A DNA stretch of 63,912 nt, counting the filler, from Octopus bimaculoides (lineage: Eukaryota), in assembly GCF_001194135.2 (NCBI RefSeq). It is 5 parts of 5 records of this genome, joined end to end, with 100 filler letters (N's around TTAATTAATTAA, not from the genome) between each part and the next. Parts side by side here need not be neighbours in the genome. Positions count along the whole stretch, not along the records: positions 1 to 30,691 come from NC_069005.1; 4 more parts are not named here. The stretch is one strand, 5' to 3'. Below, one piece after another: positions 1 through 10,398 of this stretch. Made by a program: the position numbers and the translations under genes. How positions within the stretch are numbered: position 1 is the stretch's first letter; the number at the start of each line of letters is the position of its first letter. Under the pieces are notes generated by a model. That model was not told the origin of the DNA. It was given only the letters and a program-made list of their open reading frames with translations, and searched no databases.

Positions 1-206
1 AATAGTGGAGGAGATATTATGTTGCCGTGGGCTCGAACTCTGCAAGAAGTTAAAAAATTTTTTTGACTAAAACACAACTGGAACTCTAAGTAAGGCATGT
101 GTAAAATTTGAATGAAATTGGTTGCGTAGTTCTCGAGTTTTAGGGATACACACACACACACACACACAGACAGACAGACACACATTCTCATTTTTATATA
201 TATAGA
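1..206 (-). mobile_element. 5' end of a non-autonomous Helitron-like element (runs off window start)
   Basis: Minus strand reads A^TCTATATATATAAAAATGAGAATGTG-(TCTG)n-(TG)n-TATCCCTAAAACTCGAGAACTACGCAACCAATTTCATTCAAATTTTAC. An A/TC junction followed by a microsatellite and a 'CCAATTTxAxxxAAATTT' block resembles Lep1-type short Helitrons (from memory). The 3' CTRR end is outside the window. Confidence 0.55.
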
Positions 207-515
207 TGGTGACAATGATCATAACAATGATAAGGATAATGATGATGGTGGTGATGATGATGATGATGATGACAACAATAATGATGATGATGACGACTGA
301 TGATGATGATGATGATGATTATGATGGTGATGACAATGATGATGGTGATGACAACGATGATGATGATGATGATGAAAGTGGCAATGACGACTGATGATTA
401 TGATGATGAGGAGGAGGAGGAGGAGGAGAGGGGCAATGACGACTGATGATGATTATGGTGATGATGATGATGATGACGATGACGACGATGATGATGAAAG
501 TAGCAATGACGATGA
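207..515. repeat. Compound (GAT/GAC/GAG)n trinucleotide microsatellite
   Basis: Directly visible; explains the poly-D and poly-M pseudo-ORFs at 206-715. Confidence 0.95.
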
Positions 516-897
516 TAATTTGTTCCTACCAAGTAAAAGTTCACTTCACCTGTATAACACACCATTCAAGCTACAGGTACACACTTTTTTTTTTTTATAT
601 TCTCCAAGTAATACTTCCAATCCCCACCTCCTTTCATGACTTCTTTTGTCTGAAGCCATCTTACTTTCTAGTTTTCCTTCCTTCCTTCTTTCTTTCATTC
701 TTTCATTTCTTTTAATGTTAATGTTTTCATCTTTCTTTTTTCTTTCTTTCTTTCTTCTTTAATTAAGAAAATATTCTTTAAAATAAGATTGCACCAGCAA
801 ATAGCTGAGGTAGAAGAAAAACATTGCTTCCTTTTTGTTTATCTAACTCTCTGAATTCCTCAGTTTATCGTCTGCAGCCATTTACCGTTTTGTGTTT

Positions 898-942
<45 letters not shown>

Positions 943-1239
943 ATATATATGTATATATANNNNNNNNNNNNNNNNNNNNNNNNNNNNNNNNNNNNNNNNN
1001 NNNNNNNNNNNNNNNNNNNNNNNNNNNNNNNNNNNNNNNNNNNNNNNNNNNNNNNNNNNNNNNNNNNNNNNNNNNNNNNNNNNNNNNNNNNNNNNNNNNN
1101 NNNNNNNNNNNNNNNNNNNNNNNNNNNNNNNNNNNNNNNNNNNNNNNNNNNNNNNNNNNNNNNNNNNNNNNNNNNNNNNNNNNNNNNCTGTTACCTAAGT
1201 GTACATATGTGTATGTGTGTATGCATGCAAGTGTGTGTG

Positions 1240-1280
<41 letters not shown>

Positions 1281-1413
1281 TTGCTAATATAACGTAGTGA
1301 GCTAAATATCTACATACCTTCCAATCTACCCTACATGCCTGCTTGCCAACCCACCAAGCTGTCTATCTGTCTGTCTATCTAACTATCAATCTCTCTATCT
1401 ATCAATCTGTCTG

Positions 1414-1490
<77 letters not shown>

Positions 1491-1796
1491 ATCTCGTGAG
1501 CTAGCTTTCTGTTTATCTAACTGTCTATCTGTCCGACCATCTGTTTGTCTGTCAGTCTGTCTGTCTGTTTGCCCATGTGTCTGTCTGTCTGTCTGTATTT
1601 CTTTATCTATTACCAACCAACCAACCTCCCTACCAGTCCATCTCTCATTTTTGCTGAAAGATGCCTTGCTACAACTAATTATGATGTACCTCATGGAGCG
1701 TGTGTGTGTGTGTCTGTTACCTTGTATGTACATGTACCCAGGTATATACATTTGTGCATCAGTATATTTCTGTGTGTGTGTGTGTTTGTGATTATC

Positions 1797-2200
1797 GTCG
1801 TCGTCGTCATCGTCATCATCATCATCATTTAGCATCCGTTTTTCATGCTGGCATGGGTAAGACAGTTTGACTGGAACTGCACCAGGCTCCAGTCTGTTTT
1901 GGCTTGATCTCTATGACTGGCTGCCTTTCCTAAGAGTGTACCAGATGTCTTTTATGTGCCACCAGCATGTGTGCTTTTCACATTTCACCGTCACAGGTGC
2001 CTTTTATGTGTCACCAACACAGGCGCCTACTACATGTCTCCAGCACGAGTGCCTTTTACATGTCACCAGCACAAGTGCCTTTTACGTGTCTCATCAAAAT
2101 CATCATCGATGGTGGCGGCCTCATCGTCGTTGTCATCATCATTTAACATCCATGTTCCACACTGATATGGGTTGGACAGTTTGACAAGGGACCAATGGAC
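1797..2200 (-). mobile_element. Retroposon family C 3' ends ((GAT)n-tailed; two copies) with internal ~26-bp minisatellite
   Basis: Plus strand CATCATCATTTA(G/A)CATCC(G/A)T...CATGCTGGCATGGGT... motif recurs at ~12440, 16430, 23965, 28270-28487 (+) and ~60960. The internal GTGCCTTTTA(C/T)(A/G)TGTCACCAGCAC-like unit is repeated about 6 times at 1940-2090. Confidence 0.7.
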
Positions 2201-2333
2201 CCAAGGACTACATTGTGCCTTTACTTAAACAGACTCCACTCTCTCTATCATATCTCTGCATATCAGCAATAGTGACCCCCCACCCTGAATACTTTAGATC
2301 GAAATCTCCCAACCTCATTCCCCAAATACATCT

Positions 2334-2563
2334 TATTTCTTTATTGCCCACAAGGGGCTAAACATAGAGGGGACAAACAAGGACAGACAAAGGGGTTACG
2401 TCAATTACATCAACCCAGTGCGTAATTGGTACTTAATTTATCGACCCCGAAAGGATGAAAGGCAAAGTTGACCTCGGCGGAATTTGAACTCAGAACGTAA
2501 AGACAGACGAAATACCGCTAAGCATTTCGCCCGGCGTGCTAACGGTTCTGCCAGCTCGCCGCC
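2334..2563 (-). mobile_element. tRNA-derived SINE family B, tail type 1, full length with TSD
   Basis: Head GGCGGCGAGCTGGCAGAA, B-box GAGTTCAAATTCC, central GCCTTTCATCCTTTCGGGGTCGATAAATTAAGTACCA, tail ...CCCCTTGTGGGCAATAAAGAAATA. Direct repeat CAAATACATCT at 2323-2333 and 2564-2574. Confidence 0.9.
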
Positions 2564-4669
2564 CAAATACATCTGTACCCTCATTCCCCAAATACATCTG
2601 CCCCTTCTAATCACTGGCTCAGGAACGAAATTTGCTTAAGGGGTGGAAACCCAGGTCCAAAATTTTTTACAAACAAAGTCTTGTTTTTTTTTATAATTAT
2701 TTTTGTTGTTTGTTCCTTGGGAAGAAACCTAACTTCAACCTACTTTTTACAGATCACTTTTTACTCATAGTTTTCTGACCCTGAGAAAAGTAAGTAGGGG
2801 TACAAATTTTGATTTTGCACCCCACAAAAATTCTAGGGTTACACCTGCACTCCCTGCAACCTTTTCCCTGGGCCCATACCTCTAATGTTCTCCTAACAGC
2901 TCAAACCACCAGCATCACTTTGATTACATCTCATCCTACATGGAGGGCACATGTATTACTTCATTCCTCTTTGAAGTCATTGATAAATGCCACATTCACA
3001 GCTCCTTGTGCCTCCTTCATTCATCTCATACTGATGTTACAGGTACAGAAGAAAAATCTTTCGCACTCTTCAACTTGCTTCATTAACCTGTCTCATTATC
3101 TACATTCATCTTAATTCAACACTTAAGTCCTCAAAACCCCTTGATCTCATTTTCCCTACCAAGTTTAATCTATACCAAACCCTGTCTTTGCAGTTATTGG
3201 ATCATCTAACTACCACTTCACATTTGCATATCACACAACCCCCACCCCCTACTCAATGGCACTTCATGTTAGCCAACTAGCTGGACCTTTGAGTTTGATC
3301 CCTAGGAGCCCTGGTAGCATATGTCCTTCACTCCCGACCCATAATAAATACCTGGGCAGTGACTGAAATTTTCCCACTTGTCATATCTCCCCACTTCCCA
3401 CACATAACAAAAATCAATGTCCATGTCCACCAAGTAGTGTAGCCATAGTTGTGCTGAAGACGTTCAGGGGAAAAAATAATGGCCTACAACATCTGTTGAA
3501 ACTCACCCACCTCAGAAAACTGGGTGGTTTTTATCCAGCAGTGCAACATCTGCAAGTCCAATACCAAACTTGTAGACAACTTCTTTCAAACTGCAGTCAA
3601 TCTTTTTGGTTGCTATCCAAAAGAATTTCCATCGACGTTGTTGAATCTTCTTTCCTTCCAGTTCACAACAGACTTCAGTGAGCATTACCTCTCTACCACA
3701 GAGAAAGCCTTTACCTTCACTGCCTGCTTGGCAGCCAACATCACACTTCATACTCTTTATTAAAATTCAAACATCTACCACCCATGATCGTTGTTAGCTT
3801 TCTATGCCAACCAGTGATTTTCCCATCACTACCTTGGCAAAAATGGCTAAGTCAAAGCTTTACACAATGAGATCATAATAAAATCAAAGCATTTTAGAGT
3901 TTACTAATATTTGGCATTTTTCAATGACTAATATTCTTTTCTACTCAGCCTGGTCTCTTTATCTATGTCACGCGGAAAGGTTGTTTGCGAGAACGATATC
4001 GTGTACAGATACCGAAGGATTGACTCTGTTGAGCACCGATTGATTGATTGACCTTCGATGTGACTGAACCACCAATTCTAACCAGTTAGGATTCACCAAA
4101 ATTTGAAACAATATACTGTTGATATCGTTTATTAAAAAGAAATGCTTTAAAAGATTTAAAAGAAATGTTTTTAAATAAACTGTACATCATTTTAACGGTT
4201 ATGTTAGCGTTATTTTAAATGATATATTGGTCGAATGGTCACGACTGGACGCCTTATTATTATTTCCTACAACAGAATTTATGGAAACGTAAAATTTAGA
4301 AATATATATATTCTCGTGACAGCTTAAAGAGATAAAAAGTACGCTTTTTCGATTCAACTATTCCAATGAAAATGTGTAACGTTCATGCCATTCTCATGGA
4401 ATAATCATATTTGAAAATACAGCACTATAATTAAAAATGAACGACAGGGAATGTTTAAAAAAATTGAGTCCCTAATAATTAACAGTTATTGTGTGTGAAA
4501 AATCAGCCATCAGAAATGAAACAGTTATGAAATAAAATGTACGAAAATAAAACAAACATACGTTATTGGAATTATATCTTCAATATATTTAGTAGGAATA
4601 CAGAATAAAACGAAAAGAATCTATAGACGGGAAAAAAAAGGTAACGAAAAAAACATATAGAGGAATTTT

Positions 4670-4676
4670 AAAAAAA
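4670..4676 (-). terminator. Pol III oligo(T) terminator of tRNA-Pro
   Basis: A7 on + strand immediately 3' of the tRNA on the minus strand. Confidence 0.75.
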
Positions 4677-4683
4677 CAACGAT

Positions 4684-4755
4684 GGGCTCGTCCGGGATTC
4701 GAACCCGGGACCTCTCGCACCCAAAGCGAGAATCATACCCCTAGACCAACGAGCC
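4684..4755 (-). tRNA. tRNA-Pro-TGG: tRNA-Pro(TGG), apparently intact
   Basis: GGCTCGTTGGTCTAGGGGTATGATTCTCGCTTTGGGTGCGAGAGGTCCCGGGTTCGAATCCCGGACGAGCCC: 72 nt, all stems pair, T7 run begins 7 nt downstream (4676-4670). Confidence 0.97.
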
Positions 4756-5390
4756 TCATACATTTTGGTGCTGAAAAAAATATATTATAAACTGTTAAAC
4801 ATTTATTGATGTTTTAATCTCTCATAATTTTGTAATTATTTAATTATTTTGATTATATTTAATGAGTTTCGACGTTTTCTTGATGCTCTCAACATTCAGG
4901 ATGTCGATATTTAGCCTACGATTGGCCACTGGCCTCTGGGCAAACCTTGTTTTATCAGTATAAACAACTCCTTACGTTGACTATAGTCACTCGAGAAGCT
5001 AGAAAGAGCAGCCAAAAAATAAAAAGATAACCGTTTAATCACATGATATTACCTTCTTTTAAAGATCACATTGAATAATGTAATTCGAGATTTCTAAAAA
5101 TTCCAAAACATAAACAAGTTATGACGGAGTTATATCTATAGAGTACCTAAAAATGAATTCCGTCTCGAGATATACTGTCGGCAATTAAGAAAAAAAAAAG
5201 AAAAGGAATCCGTCACGGATGGAAAGTCTTTCTTAAAGGCTTTTTTGATAGGAGGTGACCTGGTGGCTAATGTCGTCCATGATACAGAAAAACAACAGGA
5301 TAGTCAAGGTTGTAGCGCCTTTGATTGTGTAGTTTTGTTGGACTGAGGATTATATGTCAACGAAATTAAAGCGTGAACTTTGACTGGCCA

Positions 5391-5826
5391 TACCTACACA
5401 AGTGTGCCCCACCACACACACGCACACACACACAAAGGCACCCACGCACACACACACACAGACGACTCTGTTTCCTCATAACTTCAGAAAAAATTAATAT
5501 TTTCTGATGAAATTTTCCACTAAAACCTTTCAGATGGGGTACATTACAACACAATCAGATGTTTAATGTGAGAAAAATAAACTGCTGGCCACGCACGCAT
5601 ACATACTAACCCATGTATTTTATTCCTTGTACAAAATTTCAGATTTCATTTTGTACATATATATGAGTGCGCGCCTACCAATTTTTTTTTTCACATTTTT
5701 CTTTTCTTCTGATATAATCGTAATCTACACAACCTGAAAGGTTCTTATAGAAAATTTCAATCAAAAAGTATTCATTATTTTCAGAAAATTACGAGGTGAC
5801 GAAGTCGGATCACAATTGTGTAGGTC
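5391..5826. mobile_element. Decayed foldback/MITE with long imperfect inverted arms
   Basis: 5477-5560 (CATAACTTCAGAAAAAATTAATATTTTCTGATGAAATTTTCC...ACCTTTCAG...ATTAC...ATCAGA) is roughly 70% complementary by eye to 5710-5792. Outer ACCTACACAAGTGTG (5391) pairs with CACAATTGTGTAGGT (~5811-5826). Confidence 0.55.
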
Positions 5827-6290
5827 GGGTCACAGTTGTGTACGTCTGCTTCGTTTCTGTAATGGCATCTAGTTCATAATGATTGACTGATGTACAGAGT
5901 GTTTGGAAAGTCACTGCGCGCTTATATTTTTTATTAATATGTCTGTCGCAATATACAATGCAAGAAAAGAATGTGACTGAAAATTATAAACAATGTTGAT
6001 AGTGATGTTTGTGTGTGTACCACCTTTTCCAAATACACTTCAGGGATCTGTACAAGATCCCATTACAGTTGTTAAAACCATATTGAGGGTAGCGATCTGA
6101 AATAGAAAAAGGCAAAATACAATTAGACAAGAATACCCTGTACTATAAAGAGTCCTAGTGATTGTTTATGGAAGATAACTATCCGAATGATTTAGATGTG
6201 AAATTTGAAAGCAGATTATATGAAATTAGACCAGCAGTCTCCAACCGTTATTTCACCACACAAACCGCCAATGTTACCAACAGACTTAAA

Positions 6291-6347
6291 TTTTTTTTTT
6301 TTTATAGCTTCAGCTTAGAGCTGCGGCCATGCTAATACAGCGCCGTT
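6291..6347 (-). mobile_element. Isolated retroposon 3' tail with A13
   Basis: AACGGCGCTGTATTAGCATGGCCGCAGCTCTAAGCTGAAGCTATA13, a variant of the family-A tail (AGCATGGCCGCAG core plus CAG..CTG hairpin). Confidence 0.7.
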
Positions 6348-6356
6348 AAAATACGT

Positions 6357-6438
6357 TAGTAGCAATGAGATTCGAACCCACGCCTCCGAAGAGACTGGTG
6401 CCTAAAACCAGTGTCTTAGATCACTCAGCCACGTTGCC
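6357..6438 (-). pseudogene. tRNA-Leu-TAG: Degenerate tRNA-Leu(TAG)
   Basis: 82 nt. Anticodon arm CTGGT-TTTAGGC-ACCAG, variable arm TCTCTTCGGAGG and T-loop TTCGAAT are intact, but the acceptor stem has two mismatches plus wobbles and the D/T stems are altered. Confidence 0.85.
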
Positions 6439-6673
6439 AACTGCTTTAAAAAAATATGTACACGTTTTTTTTTTTTCATTTTCTTTATTCAAAAAATAAA
6501 AACTATATCCATTTCATAAATGGTGAATCCTCTAGAATATCATAAAGAAATTGGTTTCAAAGCAATGCCCTCACATATCTACCCGCCGCGCGCACACACA
6601 CATACACACACACCTCCCAGCTACTCCATTTTCTCTCATCATCACTTGTTACAGTCATGTCATCCCCCATCTC

Positions 6674-6748
6674 TACTACTTATACTCTCCCTACCCCTCG
6701 CTCTTCTCTATGGGAGAACAGCGAGGGGTAGGGAGAGTATAAGTAGTA
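6674..6748. repeat. Near-perfect 75-nt palindrome/hairpin
   Basis: 6674-6702 is the exact reverse complement of 6720-6748 (29 bp), then one C.C mismatch, TTCTC/GAGAA, 5-nt loop TATGG. Confidence 0.97.
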
Positions 6749-7334
6749 TTATATTATACTTATTTATTGTACTTTTAATTATAATTTTCTTTCTATATGC
6801 GACACTGGTTTTTCATCGATGAGTTCATAAACCTTGGTTCTTTTCCCTAATACTATATATTTATATATATTTTATACTGTGAAACTTAATTTAATTTTAA
6901 TTTTTAATGAATTGATTTTAATTGAGTTTTAACCTGTAATTTTGGATTTTATCCCTAATATTATTAATATACATTATTATTATATATATATATATAGAGA
7001 TAGATAGATAAAGATATACATATATGGACCTTTTCTGTATGGTTGCTTGCGATAGTCAATAAAACAGAAACAAATTTTTAAAATTTATTCTTCCTGTGCG
7101 GCCTGATACCAAACGAACCTCGACATAGCAGTGGTGAGGATTTTACTGGTCCAAGGGAAATAAATCCTACAACTACAGTTCAGGCGGTGTATCATTAAAA
7201 AAGTTTCCAATAGGAATAAGTCTTAACCTTCGCTTTCCAATGGTATCTTCGACTCTCTAACAACGCGCACTTGTTACATTAATGCAACGTCAAGACGTAA
7301 ATAACATAAGTTAGGAGTGATAGAAGAGAGAGAG

Positions 7335-7697
7335 ATGGCTTCGAGTTATAGACGATTTCTAACCCTCTGTAAAAACTGGCCCATAGACACCAGCAAAGCA
7401 GCTGATAAGGACCTCGCCGTCTTCATACGCGAGAATATAGCTAAAACCTTTAGACATGGTGACGCTACACGAATTGAAGAATCGGCAAAATGTGAGAATA
7501 TTTATGAGAGTCTTCAGAGGATATCTGCAGACTACCATCTGAATAAATACCAATTGGATAAGCCTTATGTAACAGCTTCCTGTAAGGCCACTCGAGATGA
7601 ATGTAGAGTGGTACTATCCAAGGAAGGCAGCGATATTATCTTCGAAAATGATGCCAATGTCTTTGACAAAGTGAAATCGAAATTCGAAACAGGGTAA
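7335..7697 (+). CDS. UQCC2: Ubiquinol-cytochrome c reductase complex assembly factor 2 (120 aa), intronless
   Basis: MASSYRRFLTLCKNWPIDTSK..DLAVFIRENIAKTFRHG..CENIYESLQRISADYHLNKY aligns by eye with human [59 protein letters not shown]. Similar length; open frame from ATG 7335 to TAA 7697. Confidence 0.92.
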   Translation: MASSYRRFLTLCKNWPIDTSKAADKDLAVFIRENIAKTFRHGDATRIEESAKCENIYESLQRISADYHLNKYQLDKPYVTASCKATRDECRVVLSKEGSDIIFENDANVFDKVKSKFETG

Positions 7698-7700
7698 CCA

Positions 7701-7772
7701 AAGGAGACTGTATGAATTCTAGTATTCAATGTAAGGAGACTGTATGAATTCTAGTATTCAATGTAAGGAGAC
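7701..7772 (+). repeat. 32-bp perfect tandem duplication (2.25 copies) in presumed UQCC2 3' UTR
   Basis: AAGGAGACTGTATGAATTCTAGTATTCAATGT at 7701 and 7733, plus AAGGAGAC at 7765. Confidence 0.95.
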
Positions 7773-9269
7773 AGATTAAAGACTTCGTGAGTGTTGTGTC
7801 TATTGGCTTCCTAAAATATGTACTTTTGCTGTCCTGTACCAGTTATTGTATTGTGTTGGCTTACATAACGTTCCTATATTTGCGTAACATTCTTGTCTTT
7901 TACATAGTTGCTTAGATTGCTAGAAATAGTAGCCAACAGCCCTACCTCAAATCACGAACTATCGTCTCAAACAACAACGAATAGGACAATTTGGTTAATA
8001 AGCTTGCTTCCTAACCATGTGGTCTTGGGTTCAGTCCTACTGCACGACAAGTATCGTGGGAAATTATCTTACACTATAGCCTCGGATCGACCAAAGTCTT
8101 GTGAGTCGATTTGGCAAACAAAGAAGCTCGTCAGTTTAGAATCAGTAGTTCTTTGACTGTTATTTCCAAATTTTCAGTATGTTGGAGAAGCAACTCTAGC
8201 TAATCCCTGTATATTTATTATATATATATATATATATATNNNNNNNNNNNNNNNNNNNNNNNNNNNNNNNNNNNNNNNNNNNNNNNNNNNNNNNNNNNNN
8301 NNNNNNNNNNNNNNNNNNNNNNNNNNNNNNNNNNNNNNNNNNNNNNNNNNNNNNNATGCTGTCGGACGAAATCCAAAGAAAACTAAATGACATCTGTCCA
8401 AGGTTGACAACTGCAACACAACTCACTGCAAGTTTTAACATAGCCTTCATCAATCATTTTGTGCAGAAGATGCCTGGCAATAATCAACACTAATGGTGAT
8501 CACACGAGATATTGAGTTCATCTCTTTGGATCCAGGACACTGTCATCACGTGACACCATCTGATGTCAAACATGTTTCAGGAAATGACATTTTATCATTA
8601 AAAAAGAAGGGTTTCTTAATTAGCATTCTTAATCAATGCTATGACAGTCTGTTAATAAAGCAGTTTCTATTTAGTATGTATGTAACGTTTCTTTTGTGGT
8701 TCAGTTTATATATATAAAAAGATCTCCAACCAATCTCTTCTAATATTTGGTGACATGTTCCATACACGACTCAGAAACAATTGGAAAAGATACCTGGATG
8801 ATTGCTTTATCTTGACAAGCCAAGTGAATTTAAAAACATGTTAAACAACCTCAACAATAACATGTGGTTGGGAAGCTATCTTCTTATCACACAGCCAGCC
8901 ATAAATATTTTGTTACATAGTTCAATGTTACAGGTTCAAATCTGCTCTGTAAATTTGACCAAGTTCTTTTTTTTTTCTTCATATTTCAGAAGAATTAACT
9001 GGTTGTCAGAACCAAGGCCTTACAAGAGAAGTCATTCAAATGCATATTGAGAACACCCTGATGCACAGAGGTTGTTTACAACTTTATGACCACAAAGAAA
9101 ATCATGGCAGACTGTGAAGTGAAGATCCTTACCCAAGGCCTTCATCCCTTCAAATTTTTTTCTTTGTAAACTTATTTATTGGCTTTAGTTTGTATCAAAC
9201 AATAAAATTTTTATGCCAGAAACCTTATGAACTATCCTTGCTTTTTCTATTCATTAGCTGAAGGTTTGT

Positions 9270-9640
9270 GGGTAGATTTCTCTCAAACTACCCATACACT
9301 CTCTGTCTCTCTCTCTCTTTCTCTCAAACTATCTGCACTCTCCCTGTTTTCTTCTCCCCCAAACTACCCTACCATACACACACACACACATTTTCTTTCT
9401 CTCTCTCTCGCCCTCTCTTAAACTACCCATACACACATTCTCTCTCAATTTATCTACTCACACATACATACACACACACACTCTCTCTCTCTCTATCTGC
9501 ACTTTGTTTTCCTCTCCCTCAAACTACCCTACCATACACACGTTTTCTTTCTCTCTCTTTCTCACCCTCTCTCAAACTACCCATACACACATTCCCTCTG
9601 AAATTATCCACTCACATACATACACATACAATCTATCCAA
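9270..9640. repeat. Compound CT/CA-rich minisatellite with recurring CTCAAACTACCC(T)A(C)CATACAC motif
   Basis: Motif recurs about 5 times; a block of roughly 170 bp is duplicated. Confidence 0.7.
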
Positions 9641-10004
9641 ACCCCTAAAATTACTAAAACAAATTTCTTAAATAATCCATGCATTTACACACATACACTG
9701 TATGAAGTTACATATATGCTCACGCTCAGGCAGCCATGTAGTTTAATGTGAGTTACAAAAATAAAAAAATAAAAATCTAACGAGAAGCTTTCACCAACTT
9801 AAAACCATCAGTGCAAGATTCAAAAGAATGAAAATTATGTCTAACAGACACACAAGGAAGAAGAAGAGAGTTCTATACAATAGATGTTGAAAGAACAGAA
9901 CTATAGCAATTCGTTTTACGAGAGGAGACAACAACAGTGAGAAAATGAGAATTTGTTGAAAGACAAGCCACTTATAAGAGAAAAGGATTGACAGAATAAT
10001 CCTT

Positions 10005-10398
10005 TCTACTATAGGCACAAGGCCTGGAATTTTGGGGGAGGGGATGAGTCGATTACATTGACCCCCCAGTACATAACTAGTGTTTAGTTCATCGACCCCG
10101 AAAGGATGAAAAGCAAAGTTGACCCTGGCAGCATTTGAACTCAGAACTTGAAGACAGACGAAATACCTATTTCGTTATTGCCCACAAGGGGCTAAACATA
10201 GAGGGAACAAACAAGAACAGACGAACGGATTAAGTCGATTACATAGACCCCAGTGCGTAACTGGTACTTAATTTATCGACCCCAAAAGGATGAAAGGCAA
10301 AGTCGACCTCGGCGGAATTTGAACTCAGAACTTGAAGACAGACGAAATACTGCTAAGCATTTCATCCGGCGTGCTAATAATTCTACCAGCTCGCCACC
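10005..10398 (-). mobile_element. Two abutting SINE family B copies (type-1 tail full copy plus headless type-2 tail copy)
   Basis: The central domain ATCGACCCC(G/A)AAAGGATGAAA occurs twice (~10091, ~10277) with different tails and only one head. Confidence 0.85.

Noticed and set aside
206-1835. Low-complexity ORFs (poly-D/M/N/I/L, CV, HT, YI) here and throughout, and all X-filled ORFs
   Set aside because: Translations of microsatellites or N gaps; no domain content.
3451-3763. Overlapping ORFs with faint resemblance to an RTE endonuclease-RT linker or integrase zinc finger
   Set aside because: No diagnostic motif; cannot be supported by eye.
3960-4130. GC-richer patch with CGAAGG..CCTTCG stem, considered as snRNA/snoRNA/RNase P
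   Set aside because: No match to any RNA family I can recall; an Rfam/Infernal scan would be needed.
8356-8493. Protein-like 45-aa ORF next to a gap, and acceptor-led 41-aa frame at ~8990-9120
   Set aside because: No homology recognised and no connectable exon chain.
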